From assembly GCA_016206165.1 (NCBI GenBank), contig JACQSD010000018.1, forward strand, positions 1 to 51,529: DNA of 51,529 nt. Reading direction: 5' to 3'. The stretch comes from Candidatus Uhrbacteria bacterium. GTDB taxonomy: Bacteria > Patescibacteriota > Patescibacteriia > JACQSD01. Every line of letters begins with the position of its first letter. The first letter of the stretch is position 1. The notes beneath the pieces were generated by a model. The model worked only from the letters and a program-made list of their open reading frames with translations, was not told where the DNA came from and did no database searches. A program made the position numbers and the translations under genes. Shown here piece after piece: positions 41,013 through 50,567 of this stretch.

Positions 41013-42031
41013 ATGAGTGATGCCGTGGCACTCCGGAGCGCGAGGCCAAGTGCGGTCATAAATCCGAGATGCGCTGCGGGCGCATCGTGTGCAGCGTCGT
41101 TCAGGAATGTAGTGGATGGGTCAGGAACAATGATCGCGCATTGTAATTGTGCCTCAAGAAATGTTTTGAGCCCCGGCATGTGCGCGCCTCCACCGACAAG
41201 TACAAATGTTGAAACCGGTGATGGTGATTGATTGTGTGCAAGTGCAAGCATCTCGTGCACACGCTTGGCCATGAGTGTATATTCTGGTACGAGTATTTCT
41301 TTCAGTGACCCGGTGCACGCGTGTGGGTCGACTCCACATTCGCGCTTTGTCCGCTCGGCTTGTTCAGGGGCAAGATGCAATGTGCTCGCGATTTTTGTGG
41401 TGAGCCCTTCGCCGGAGAGTGGGAGTCGGAGTGTATGGAGTGGTGTCTCTCCCTCCGCAATCATGCACTGTGTGCGTGTCGCTCCAAAGTCAATGACCCC
41501 CCACGCTCCACGCGTTTCTTTTGGTACGAGATATGCAATTGCTCGGATTGTGGCAAGCCCCTCAAAATCGAGTGCAGCAATGGTCATGCCAGCGGTTTCT
41601 GTCATCGTAATCGTACGATCAATATACTCTTTTGGTGCAGCCCCAATAACACGGTACGGAGGCACGACTTGGCTGTCATAATAAAGATCGGTGATTGGAA
41701 GAGGGACTTCTCCCGCGATTCGATCGGCGATGTGTTGTGCATCGCCCGCTCCTTCAGGAATTGTGAGCACATAACTTTGACTCTCCGGAATACTCATGGT
41801 CGCATCAATAATTCCATGATGTTTTGCACGAAGTTCTCGCGCGACAGTGGCGAGCGTACTTTGGAGGACCATCGTATCGTTGGATTTGACAGCGTAGTCA
41901 TGTAAGAATGTCACGCGATATGAACGCTTTCCACTCCACGATGTTTCTGTTTTGAGCGCAGCAACTTTGAGCGATTGCTCGCCACAATCGATGCCAATAG
42001 ATGGGGGAGATACGTATGGGAAGAGTCGCAT
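41009..42031 (-). CDS. pilM: type IV pilus assembly ATPase-fold protein PilM
   Basis: SIGIDCGEQSLKVAAL, GVIDFGATRT, LVGGGAHMPGL: actin-like ASKHA motifs. Confidence 0.85.
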   Translation of the reverse strand: MRLFPYVSPPSIGIDCGEQSLKVAALKTETSWSGKRSYRVTFLHDYAVKSNDTMVLQSTLATVARELRAKHHGIIDATMSIPESQSYVLTIPEGAGDAQHIADRIAGEVPLPITDLYYDSQVVPPYRVIGAAPKEYIDRTITMTETAGMTIAALDFEGLATIRAIAYLVPKETRGAWGVIDFGATRTQCMIAEGETPLHTLRLPLSGEGLTTKIASTLHLAPEQAERTKRECGVDPHACTGSLKEILVPEYTLMAKRVHEMLALAHNQSPSPVSTFVLVGGGAHMPGLKTFLEAQLQCAIIVPDPSTTFLNDAAHDAPAAHLGFMTALGLALRSATASLI

Positions 42032-42222
42032 AGGGTTGTTATTGTTTTACGTTGCGGATGTTCCTCGCGAACGTTCCGCGCCCAGCGGCGCGTCACTCTT
42101 TGGAGCGTCCAACGCCCACGACGTGAGCGTGGGACCATGCCGTTGGCCGCTCCGATGTCGCTCGGAACAATCGCAACGTTGGACAATAGAGAAGCGGCCT
42201 AATCCGCGCCATCCGTTTCGTC
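42032..42222 (-). other. ~190-nt GC-rich structured leader upstream of pilM (candidate cis-regulatory RNA)
   Basis: TGcTATACT extended -10 at about 42223-42231 (minus strand). Nested helices GTCCAACG/CGTTGGAC, TCCGA/TCGGA, CCCACG/CGTGGG, GCGCC/GGCGC, GCGGA/TCCGC. No credible ORF. Confidence 0.4.
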
Positions 42223-42237
42223 AGTATAGCATTTTTT

Positions 42238-43758
42238 TCATTTTTGTTCTTCCCATGTGAGGAGCGTGTATGCATCCGCGGTAAGTGGGAATGAGGGCGG
42301 GGGGTTATAGAAGAGATTGCCGTCGTAGAGGAGGGTGCGCGTGCGATACCCGGTGCCATCCGTATACAAGAATCCGTACCGTTTATTTGTTGCAATCATT
42401 CCATAGAGTGTGATGTCGTTTCGGACATATTCTCCACCGCAGTAACTCGAATAATAATAGCGCCCCACGCGTCCATTTTTTGCAACGAGCGCGCCATCAA
42501 TTCGGATCGTCGTATTCGATTTGAGTCCAGTGAGCACATTGTTTTGTGCGACGAGCGCAATGACATCACGCCCATCGGTATTTGTATAGAGGAGCGAGCG
42601 GTTCACGATGATATTTGCGTACGATGTTTGTGGCACTCCCGAGCCAAGGCGTGCTGCAGCGACGGTCACGCGCGCAGAATCAATTTGTCCATCCACCCAC
42701 GCATCGGATTCAACAAAAATAACTCCATTCGCAGGAAGTGGGCGACGTTTAATAAACGTTTCGGAATTAATGGACCAGAGCCCCCAGCCCGGTTGGCTCG
42801 CAGGAGCGGTGCATTTGTTTGGCGGGGCGTATACCTTTGTCACATACAGTGTACTTACGGTGTCATCTGGATTAAAAATAAGATGATACGCAAGTGCATT
42901 TGATGGTGGTGGGAGATAGATCCCATCCGCTGTTGCCTTGTCGCGGAGTGCACTCAAGTCGGTGATGAGACCATCAAGATCAATTTTCGGAACTGGAAAT
43001 TTTCTTCCCACCTTAAAAATATCTGGGCGGTCGGGAACTGCTGCTGGCGGGGTTGGGTCGGCGGGCGATACGCACGTGTGTACACCAAAGTCGAGCTTCG
43101 ATGGTGTGCAATCGTCGCCATCGGTGTCGTTGTATTGCTCCTTTTCACTCGTGACGAGATTATACGCAACTCCATCAAAACGAATACCGTCATTCACATG
43201 GATTGGGCCATAGACATTTGTTCCGGAACCAAAACGGTTTCGTTCATTCCCGACGAATGAATATTTTGCAAGTGAAGGGATAGCGAATGTTGTACGCACA
43301 GTGCGGGTGAATTCAGGGAATTGATCGGTCACGCCGGTTGATGCAATGGTGACAAGCGTTGATCCGACCGGTGGTGGGGTGATCGCGAGTCGGAATTCTC
43401 CAAGGCGCACGCCGGTGCGATCGAGGAATGCATGCACAAATGGGCCAGAGCCGCCTGTCCCGTCAGTGAAATCGGCTTTCGCATGCGCAAGATGCCAGCG
43501 ATAGTAATCAATGCCTGCTTCCGCAATATGGAATGCGAGTGTCCGAGCACTTCGCATTGATCCGAGCCTTTTTTGTGAAAGGACAATTTGGAGGAGACTC
43601 GAAATGAGGAGAACGGTGATTCCCCCAACGACAAGAAGAAAAATAAGAGCGTACCCCCGAGGATCGGAACGAAAGGACTGAAGAACCGAAGAACTCAAGA
43701 ACAATTTTTTAGTTCCGTCGTTCTTCCGTTCATACGTTCTTTCGTTTATTCGTCTCAT
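42238..43758 (-). CDS. large PilX-like pilus-associated protein (N-terminal hydrophobic pilin-like helix)
   Basis: RGYALIFLLVVGGITVLLISSLLQIVLSQKRL..AFHIAEAGIDYY. The start is uncertain because the first 30 codons coincide with hairpin repeat 43664-43757. Confidence 0.6.
   Translation of the reverse strand: MRRINERTYERKNDGTKKLFLSSSVLQSFRSDPRGYALIFLLVVGGITVLLISSLLQIVLSQKRLGSMRSARTLAFHIAEAGIDYYRWHLAHAKADFTDGTGGSGPFVHAFLDRTGVRLGEFRLAITPPPVGSTLVTIASTGVTDQFPEFTRTVRTTFAIPSLAKYSFVGNERNRFGSGTNVYGPIHVNDGIRFDGVAYNLVTSEKEQYNDTDGDDCTPSKLDFGVHTCVSPADPTPPAAVPDRPDIFKVGRKFPVPKIDLDGLITDLSALRDKATADGIYLPPPSNALAYHLIFNPDDTVSTLYVTKVYAPPNKCTAPASQPGWGLWSINSETFIKRRPLPANGVIFVESDAWVDGQIDSARVTVAAARLGSGVPQTSYANIIVNRSLLYTNTDGRDVIALVAQNNVLTGLKSNTTIRIDGALVAKNGRVGRYYYSSYCGGEYVRNDITLYGMIATNKRYGFLYTDGTGYRTRTLLYDGNLFYNPPPSFPLTADAYTLLTWEEQK
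43664..43757 (-). repeat. long word-hairpin repeat (GAACGAAAG / GAAGAAC family) between two pseudopilin genes
   Basis: Minus strand: GACGAATAAACGAAAGAACGTATGAACGGAAGAACGACGGAAC taaaaaat TGTTCTTGAGTTCTTCGGTTCTTCAGTCCTTTCGTTCC. Confidence 0.6.
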
Positions 43759-44351
43759 AAGTTGTCTTTGAGCGCGCGCGGTGCAACGCCAGATTCAAGA
43801 ATAAATGGGAGAGGGAGTTTTTTTGGATCATCGTCGATCGTGAGTGTGAACCGAATAAAGCGTATTGCGCTCACGTTGATTGGGAGAGCGAGTGGCGATT
43901 CGCTCCCACTATAATTGGCGTCAAAGTATGTGAAGAGTGGAAATAGGCTCGTCGTCACATCGCGTGCGAGTTCACTCGCGACTTCCGCAGCCGGATTATA
44001 GGTGAGTGGTGATCCGGTTGGTTTTGTGACACCACGCTTTAATGTTGACCCATCGAGAAAGTAGCGTACTTGCTCGAAGAGGGCATCATTGTCAGTATTT
44101 GTATAGAATGTCAGTGATTGTGCGCCTGCATATGCGATGGGATAATCGCCGCGGTTTGATGTTGCCATACGGCGTGCTTCATCGGTCACCCCTTCGATTG
44201 CAGCGCGGGCGCTCCGTTCACGTTCAATTGTTGCGAATGTCGTTTGTGGTAAGCGAAACGTGTGGACAATGACCACATTCCCCACAAGCATGAGGATTGC
44301 AAAGACGCCGAGTGCAATAATAATTTCGATGAGCGAGATTCCACGGAGCAT
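43755..44351 (-). CDS. prepilin-type N-terminal cleavage/methylation domain protein (minor pseudopilin)
   Basis: MLRG/ISLIEIIIALGVFAILMLV is a class III signal peptide. Confidence 0.75.
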   Translation of the reverse strand: MLRGISLIEIIIALGVFAILMLVGNVVIVHTFRLPQTTFATIERERSARAAIEGVTDEARRMATSNRGDYPIAYAGAQSLTFYTNTDNDALFEQVRYFLDGSTLKRGVTKPTGSPLTYNPAAEVASELARDVTTSLFPLFTYFDANYSGSESPLALPINVSAIRFIRFTLTIDDDPKKLPLPFILESGVAPRALKDNL

Positions 44352-44355
44352 TGCA

Positions 44356-46206
44356 TTAAGGAGAAAGCGTCACATTCCTTTTTGTAACGCCGTCAACCTG
44401 TATATCTTCTTCGATGGTTGCGTATCCGGGTTTTGCGACGGTCATTGTGTATTGCCCATTCGAGAGTGCGCGAAAGAACGCTTGTCCGGGCGGCGTACAT
44501 TCGGATACGAAGATCACTTGCACTTCAGCAACGCTTGGGCCGACTGCCACATCATCGGTATGGAGGAGGAGGCGATAGCGGAGATATCGGCGGCCATTGT
44601 GGAGGCTCGGGATATCGGTCACGGTGTTTGTAAAAAAAGTATTCGCCGTTCCATCGGGGCCGACAAAATTCCATGTGGCCCCATCATTATTCGTTGCGAT
44701 CTGGAGGCGCACACTCGATTGGCCTGTTGTCTCTGGCTGATCTCCTGGAGTCACACGGATTGCGACATATTCTGGTGTACTTCCAAAGTCGATCGTTGAT
44801 GATTCAAGCGCGCCGTCGGCTGCATAGATTTTGTTCTGTTTTTTAAGTACCACATCCCCGGGAGACGCCGTGGTATCGAGTGTTCCAGAATCAGCGGCGT
44901 ATCGTGTTTCATCAAGCCACGCTTGTTGCCCCGGGCCTCCGGACCAATCCGTTTGCACAATGAACCCCCGCCCTGTTTCTCGAACTTGTGTCGATGAACC
45001 CTTCGTGATCGTTACCGTGGCTCCGGGGAGCGGCAAACTCGTGACGCCATCAATAACCGAAACCAAAAGATTGCGCGCGGAATAGGTATCAAGAATCAGA
45101 TCAAGTCCTTGGGTTACTCCAGGCGCAATCGTGATTGGGTTTTGTGGGATCGATCCCGCCTCGGTGAACTGTGTGCCAGAAAGTGCGAGTGTATAGGTGT
45201 CCCACTCAAGGTTCGCAATTGCACTCGTGCCACTTCCATTTGTGGTAAATGTTCCGGTATATTTTGGTTTATCAGGATTCTCTCCTACTTGTTTTGCCCC
45301 AGTGATTGTTCCGGAAATCGTGGGGATAGGAACACAACGATCAGTCAACGTTCGCACGTTCAGCGTACTCACACGATCAATGAAAAAGTTCGCTTCGGTG
45401 ACCGTCTCTTTGAGCACCGTTGAATCTGTTTTTTTTGGATTTGGATTATCTGATCCTCCTGGTGGGTACGTTGCGTCCGTTGTGTATCCCGATTTTGAAA
45501 CACGAATGTTATATCCGCCGGTTGATGGCGGAATGTCGACGAGCTGGAGCATCCCTTTTGTGTCCGTGACATCGTCGATTGTGAGGTTTGGTGACAATTT
45601 TTGATTTACAATATGGACATTTGCACCCGCAACTCCGGCACCGATCGCATCAAGCACACGAATAAAAAGTGCGCCATTGCCAGAAGAGACTTCAAGGTTT
45701 TTCGGCGCAATGAGTGTTGTCTGTACCCGAGGTTGTGTCGTCGTTTGACAGCTTGTACAGAGCACGGTGATTTCGATTTTTTTGTAGTCAGCCGGAGCAG
45801 TGTCGTTTGGCGTGCCACCAATCGTTCCATCGAATGGATCATCGGTATTCCGAATCGTTGTTGTTACGGCCATGGAGAAACCATCACGGACAATGGTTTC
45901 AAAAGCCACGAGTTTACCGCGTGGGATGCCGGTTGTGGTGCCAACATCGGCGTAGGGGAGCGTGCGTGCGATTTCAATACGTTCGTTTGCGAGTGCTGTT
46001 GCCGCCGTCTGAAAGCGAAGGTCGTTTGTGGTGCGAAGGAGTGCGGTCGCAATACTCGTGATCGTTAAAAAAATAAGCGCGAGCACTCCAAGTGTCACGA
46101 GGAGCTCGATCAAGGTAAACGCCCTGACATCACAAAAGCACGGAATCACAGAATCACGTGCTTGGTCGGTTTGTGTTTCAGTGTTTCTGTGTTTCTGTGT
46201 TTTCAT
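44356..46206 (-). CDS. giant (616-aa) pseudopilin with CarboxypepD_reg-like/Ig-like domains
   Basis: ...CDVRA/FTLIELLVTLGVLALIFL after a 29-aa leader. GANVHIVNQ..TDTKGMLQLVDIPPSTGGYNIRVSKSGY. Start at ATG 46206, just after the pilC stop. Confidence 0.75.
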   Translation of the reverse strand: MKTQKHRNTETQTDQARDSVIPCFCDVRAFTLIELLVTLGVLALIFLTITSIATALLRTTNDLRFQTAATALANERIEIARTLPYADVGTTTGIPRGKLVAFETIVRDGFSMAVTTTIRNTDDPFDGTIGGTPNDTAPADYKKIEITVLCTSCQTTTQPRVQTTLIAPKNLEVSSGNGALFIRVLDAIGAGVAGANVHIVNQKLSPNLTIDDVTDTKGMLQLVDIPPSTGGYNIRVSKSGYTTDATYPPGGSDNPNPKKTDSTVLKETVTEANFFIDRVSTLNVRTLTDRCVPIPTISGTITGAKQVGENPDKPKYTGTFTTNGSGTSAIANLEWDTYTLALSGTQFTEAGSIPQNPITIAPGVTQGLDLILDTYSARNLLVSVIDGVTSLPLPGATVTITKGSSTQVRETGRGFIVQTDWSGGPGQQAWLDETRYAADSGTLDTTASPGDVVLKKQNKIYAADGALESSTIDFGSTPEYVAIRVTPGDQPETTGQSSVRLQIATNNDGATWNFVGPDGTANTFFTNTVTDIPSLHNGRRYLRYRLLLHTDDVAVGPSVAEVQVIFVSECTPPGQAFFRALSNGQYTMTVAKPGYATIEEDIQVDGVTKRNVTLSP

Positions 46207-46210
46207 GACA

Positions 46211-47278
46211 TTAAATCTGCTGCGCGAGTGAATACATCGGCATGATAATCGCAACCGCGAGGCTCCCGACCCCAACGCCAAGAATGAGCATGAGGAGTGG
46301 TTCGATGAGCGAAGGAAGTGTACTCATGATTTGTTCCACCTCGTTTTCATAGAAGATTGCAATTTCTTTGAGCATGGTGTCGAGCGACCCGGTTTGTTCG
46401 CCCACCATAACCATTTGTGCAAGTGTCGGCGGAATGAGTTTTGGCATTTCTGGAAATATCGTGCCGAGCGCCGATCCGCGCTTCACCGAATCCGCACACG
46501 TTGCAAGGAGCTGCTTGTAATGGATATTCGTAACGACAGTGCCGGTGATCGTGAGCGCGTCGGCAATCGGAACCGCGGTCGAAAGGAGTGTGCCGAGTGT
46601 TCTCGTCAGGCGTGCAATGTTTATCTTTATAACAATTGGCCCAATGATCGGCATGTGGAGGAGTATGGTGTGCCAAATTTGTTTTCCGCGCGGACGCCGG
46701 ATTGCAAAAATGAATCCGCCGATGACAAGGATGGTTGCAAGCGCCATGAGAAACCCATGATCAATCATAAATGCACTCGTTTTCATAAGGATGCGTGTGG
46801 GGAGCGGAAGTGTTGCCTTAAACTCGTTAAACATTGCGGTCATTTTTGGGACGATGAATATCATGACCCCTGCGCCTATCGTGATCATGGCGATAATGAC
46901 AATTGTTGGATAGACGAGCGCCCCACGAACTTTACCTCGCATTTCATGTTCTTTTTTCATTTGTGTATAAAGTTCGGACAAGACATGTTCAAGTGTTCCA
47001 CTCAATTCTCCAATCCGAACCATATTCACAAAGAGCGCTCCAAAATGACGCTCGTGTGATTCGAGTGCGCGAGCGAATGATGTCCCGTGTTCTATGGCGT
47101 CACGGATGTCGCTAAGGATTGATTGAAAATGCCGATTCTTTGTTTGTGCGATGATCGACGCGAGTGCAGGGGCGAGGGACATCCCTGCTTTGAGCATCAT
47201 CGAAAGATATTGCACAAAAAAAAGTTTATCCGTCACCGTGATTGGAGTCAGTTTATCGAGATACGCTTGTAGTGTCAT
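46211..47278 (-). CDS. pilC: type IV pilus platform protein PilC (GspF family)
   Basis: Two T2SSF repeats (LSMMLKAGMSL..; LGTLLSTAVPI..) and three TM segments. Confidence 0.88.
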   Translation of the reverse strand: MTLQAYLDKLTPITVTDKLFFVQYLSMMLKAGMSLAPALASIIAQTKNRHFQSILSDIRDAIEHGTSFARALESHERHFGALFVNMVRIGELSGTLEHVLSELYTQMKKEHEMRGKVRGALVYPTIVIIAMITIGAGVMIFIVPKMTAMFNEFKATLPLPTRILMKTSAFMIDHGFLMALATILVIGGFIFAIRRPRGKQIWHTILLHMPIIGPIVIKINIARLTRTLGTLLSTAVPIADALTITGTVVTNIHYKQLLATCADSVKRGSALGTIFPEMPKLIPPTLAQMVMVGEQTGSLDTMLKEIAIFYENEVEQIMSTLPSLIEPLLMLILGVGVGSLAVAIIMPMYSLAQQI

Positions 47279-47290
47279 AGATTCCGGCCC

Positions 47291-47323
47291 CCCTCTCCTG
47301 GTAGGAGAGGGTTGGGGTGAGGT
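47291..47323. repeat. CCCTCTCCT-N3-AGGAGAGGG + GGGTGAGGT hairpin element, copy 5, in the 44-nt pilB-pilC spacer
   Basis: CCCTCTCCT ggt AGGAGAGGG ttgGGGTGAGGT. It abuts the pilB stop codon. Confidence 0.85.
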
Positions 47324-48987
47324 TATTCTTTTGTCACACGAAGCACTTCTTCAATCGTCGTGATCCCTTGTTTTGCCTTTGCAAGTCCGTCGTCCAAGAG
47401 GGTGAGCATTTTTTGTTCGTGTGCGGCTTTCACAAACGCATCGCGTGGGGCACGTTCAAGGATGAGCGCGGAAAGCGCCGGCGTCATTTCGAGTACTTCA
47501 TAGATGCCCACGCGCCCTTTATATCCCTCGTTATTACACTGTTTGCATCCCTTGCCGTGGAAAAATTTAAGATCACTCCCTTTTTTTCCTTTCAATGCAT
47601 TCGTGAGCGACTCGATCGACGTTGTGGTTGTTGCAAACGGCTCAATACATTTTTGGCAGATCTTCCGTACAAGTCGCTGTGCAATAATGACATTGATCGT
47701 CGATGCGACAAGAAATGGGGCAATGCCCATATCGAGGAGCCGTGGGAGCGTCGTCACTGCATCGTTCGTATGGAGTGTGGAAAGCACGAGGTGCCCGGTG
47801 AGCGCCGCATGCACTGCAATTTCACCAGTTTCTGTATCGCGAATTTCACCGACCATGATAATGTTTGGGTCTTGTCGTAAGAATGACCGGAGTGCATTCG
47901 CGAACGTGAATCCGATGCGCGGGTTCACTTGACTCTGATTGATGCCGGGCATGCGATATTCGATTGGGTCTTCGACGGTCAGGATGTTCACCTCCGGCGT
48001 GTTCACGATATTGAGGATCGTGTAGAGTGTTGTCGTTTTTCCGGATCCCGTTGGCCCAGTGACAAGAATCATGCCATGTGGTTTTTTAATACCGCGTTCG
48101 ACAATGGCGAGTGGTTCTCGCTGCAACCCAAGCTGATCGAGTGTTAATGGTCGGCTTGATTCATTCAGGATACGGATGACAATTTTTTCGCCGTCAGCAA
48201 CAGGAATAATCGAGACACGAAATGAAATGCGTTGATCATTCTCGATAATTTTAAATCGACCATCTTGTGGGAGCCGATGCTCATCAATTTTGAGGTCGGC
48301 GAGTACTTTGATCCGTGCAACAATACCCGAATGGATTGCTTTCTCGAGTTCCATTGTTTTTTTAAGCATGCCATCAACACGAAATCGGATGATCGTCATG
48401 CGATCGGTTGGCTCAATATGAATATCTGATGCGCCTTCCGCAATCGCAGACTTGAGTGTAAGGTCCACGACGCGCACCGCAGAGAGATCATCAGTGATCG
48501 GAGTTCCTTCAATTTTTTCATCGTGTTCCGTTTGGAGGAGAGCGACTTCAGCGGCAAGATTTTTATGGTACAAGCGAAGTGCGTCCGCAATACTTGTGGG
48601 CGTGGTAAGGAAAAGCCGTGCAGCCCGCCCCGCGCGCTTCTCAATAAACTCAATGGTTTGTGATTGGTGTGGATTTGTCGATGCGAGCGCAATGGTCGTG
48701 CCGTCGTCATCCCACGCGATCACTTGATGCGCGTGTGCGAACTGTTCCGGGATGAGGGTGAGCACATCACGCTTCACGCTTTTTTCTTTGCAATCAACGA
48801 ACGGGAGCGCGAAGGTTTTTGCTGCATGTTCATAGAGCTCTCGCTCGGCAACGATCTTTTTTCGAATGAGATATTCCTCAAGCGAGAGACCTTCCTTCGT
48901 TGCGGCGTCGGTGTGTGTCGCAATTTCCGATTCTTTGAGCAGGCCCTCGTTGGTGAGTGTAGCGATGAGATCTTCGTAGTGAAGCAT
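47323..48987 (-). CDS. pilB: type IV pilus assembly ATPase PilB (GspE family)
   Basis: Walker A GPTGSGKTT, Asp/His boxes, tetracysteine CQKC..CKQC. Start at MLHYEDL (48987); the ORF opens at 49029. Confidence 0.92.
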   Translation of the reverse strand: MLHYEDLIATLTNEGLLKESEIATHTDAATKEGLSLEEYLIRKKIVAERELYEHAAKTFALPFVDCKEKSVKRDVLTLIPEQFAHAHQVIAWDDDGTTIALASTNPHQSQTIEFIEKRAGRAARLFLTTPTSIADALRLYHKNLAAEVALLQTEHDEKIEGTPITDDLSAVRVVDLTLKSAIAEGASDIHIEPTDRMTIIRFRVDGMLKKTMELEKAIHSGIVARIKVLADLKIDEHRLPQDGRFKIIENDQRISFRVSIIPVADGEKIVIRILNESSRPLTLDQLGLQREPLAIVERGIKKPHGMILVTGPTGSGKTTTLYTILNIVNTPEVNILTVEDPIEYRMPGINQSQVNPRIGFTFANALRSFLRQDPNIIMVGEIRDTETGEIAVHAALTGHLVLSTLHTNDAVTTLPRLLDMGIAPFLVASTINVIIAQRLVRKICQKCIEPFATTTTSIESLTNALKGKKGSDLKFFHGKGCKQCNNEGYKGRVGIYEVLEMTPALSALILERAPRDAFVKAAHEQKMLTLLDDGLAKAKQGITTIEEVLRVTKE

Positions 48988-48995
48988 AGGTGTAT

Positions 48996-49004
48996 AGTAT
49001 ATCA
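48996..49004 (-). promoter_or_regulatory. extended -10 TGaTATACT, 8 nt from the pilB ATG (leaderless-type)
   Basis: Minus strand: gTGaTATACT atacacct ATG. Confidence 0.35.
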
Positions 49005-49055
49005 CATTCACTGCATTGAAGGAATTCACCCATTCTGATAGGATAAGTCAAGAAT

Positions 49056-49415
49056 ATGTTCTCTCTTCGCATCTACTTTTTTAAGGACAGAACCGTGCTC
49101 GCGATGGCGGCGCTTGCGCTCATGGCCATTGTGGGGAGCTGGTTGTTCATCGCCGCAGTGCCGCTGCCCCTTGCCGAGGATCCGTTTGTCGTGCTCCAAT
49201 ACACCGTGTACTTTGGTATTCAACGCCTTGGGGACTGGTCTACATTATTTTGGTTTCCTGGCGTGGGAAGCGCGATTGCGATCATCCACTGTATTGCCGC
49301 ATATGTGTTGTATGACCGCGATCGATTTTTGAGTTATGTACTTATGATCGGTGGAGCATTGAGTACTGTTATACTCTTTTTCGTGAGCCTCTTCATACTC
49401 ACGGTGAATGTCTAA
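49056..49415 (+). CDS. hypothetical 4-TM membrane protein
   Basis: Hydrophobic ORF immediately upstream of mraY and overlapping its start. Confidence 0.5.
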   Translation: MFSLRIYFFKDRTVLAMAALALMAIVGSWLFIAAVPLPLAEDPFVVLQYTVYFGIQRLGDWSTLFWFPGVGSAIAIIHCIAAYVLYDRDRFLSYVLMIGGALSTVILFFVSLFILTVNV

Positions 49416-50449
49416 TGTCTATGACAATTGTCGATCACGTCACCCGGCTTCTTTTTCTTTTCACGATTGCATTCGTGAGTACTATGGCGTGGACTCCGCT
49501 CCTCACCCGTTTTTTGTATCAGCATCGCCTTGGGAAACATATTCGCGACGCAGGAGAGGCGCCGATCATGGCGGGGCTCCACGCGGCGAAAGCAGGGACG
49601 CCAACGATGGGCGGCGTGCTCGTGTGGGGGACAACACTTGTATTGACACTGCTTGTCGCATTCCTCGCGCCACAATTTTCATTTCTCTCGCGCAAAGAGA
49701 CGCTCTTGCCGCTTGGCGTGCTTATTGCGTCCGCGTTCGTCGGGCTTGTTGATGATCTTTTCAACGTGTGGCGGATGGGTAGCCACGGAGGAGGGCTTCG
49801 CATGCGACATCGACTGCTCCTCTATTCGCTCATTGCTGCGGTTGGCGCGTGGTGGTTTTACGTGAAGCTTGAATGGGATTTTTTGCACATTCCATTTGTT
49901 GGCGATGTGACGGTTGGCGCGTGGTACATTCCCATATTTATTTTCATCATCGTTGCGACATCATTTTCCGTGAACGAAATTGATGGCCTCGATGGCCTCG
50001 CAGGCGGTACGCTTTTGACTGCATACGGGGCATTCGGAGCGATTGCGTTTGTGCAAGGGCGGTACGATCTTGCTGCACTCATTAGCGTCATTATTGGCGC
50101 GCTCCTCGCATTCCTTTGGTTCAATATCAAGCCCGCTCGGTTTTTTATGGGGGATACAGGGTCAATGTCACTCGGTGTGACGCTCGGGGTCATTGCCATG
50201 CTCACGAATGCAGCGCTCTTGCTCCCCATCATCGGTATTCTTTTTGTTGTTGAATCATTGTCGGTGATTATACAGATTACATCGAAGCGTCTTTTCCATC
50301 GAAAAGTATTTCGCTCCGCGCCTATTCATCATCACTTGGAAGCCATTGGTTGGCCGGAGGAAAAGATCGTCATGCGGTTTTGGGTGATCGCCGCCGTAAG
50401 CGCAATCGCGGGCCTTGTCCTTTTTCTTCTTGATCGAGGGATTACGTAA
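49415..50449 (+). CDS. mraY: phospho-N-acetylmuramoyl-pentapeptide transferase
   Basis: KAGTPTMGG, VGLVDD, NEIDGLDGLAGG, FMGDTGS, PIHHH. Confidence 0.95.
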   Translation: MSMTIVDHVTRLLFLFTIAFVSTMAWTPLLTRFLYQHRLGKHIRDAGEAPIMAGLHAAKAGTPTMGGVLVWGTTLVLTLLVAFLAPQFSFLSRKETLLPLGVLIASAFVGLVDDLFNVWRMGSHGGGLRMRHRLLLYSLIAAVGAWWFYVKLEWDFLHIPFVGDVTVGAWYIPIFIFIIVATSFSVNEIDGLDGLAGGTLLTAYGAFGAIAFVQGRYDLAALISVIIGALLAFLWFNIKPARFFMGDTGSMSLGVTLGVIAMLTNAALLLPIIGILFVVESLSVIIQITSKRLFHRKVFRSAPIHHHLEAIGWPEEKIVMRFWVIAAVSAIAGLVLFLLDRGIT

Positions 50450-50454
50450 CGCAA

Positions 50455-50491
50455 GAGAACGGGTCTCTGAAATTCAGGGAGACCCGTTCTC
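50455..50491 (+). terminator. 13-bp perfect hairpin after mraY (weak U-tract)
   Basis: GAGAACGGGTCTC tgaaattcagg GAGACCCGTTCTC. Confidence 0.5.
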
Positions 50492-50567
50492 CGAAGTAAG
50501 TTTAAACTAAGAGGGGTGAGGGGAGTTATGGTTCGGCATACTGTCATCCTCGCGCAAGCGGGGATCC

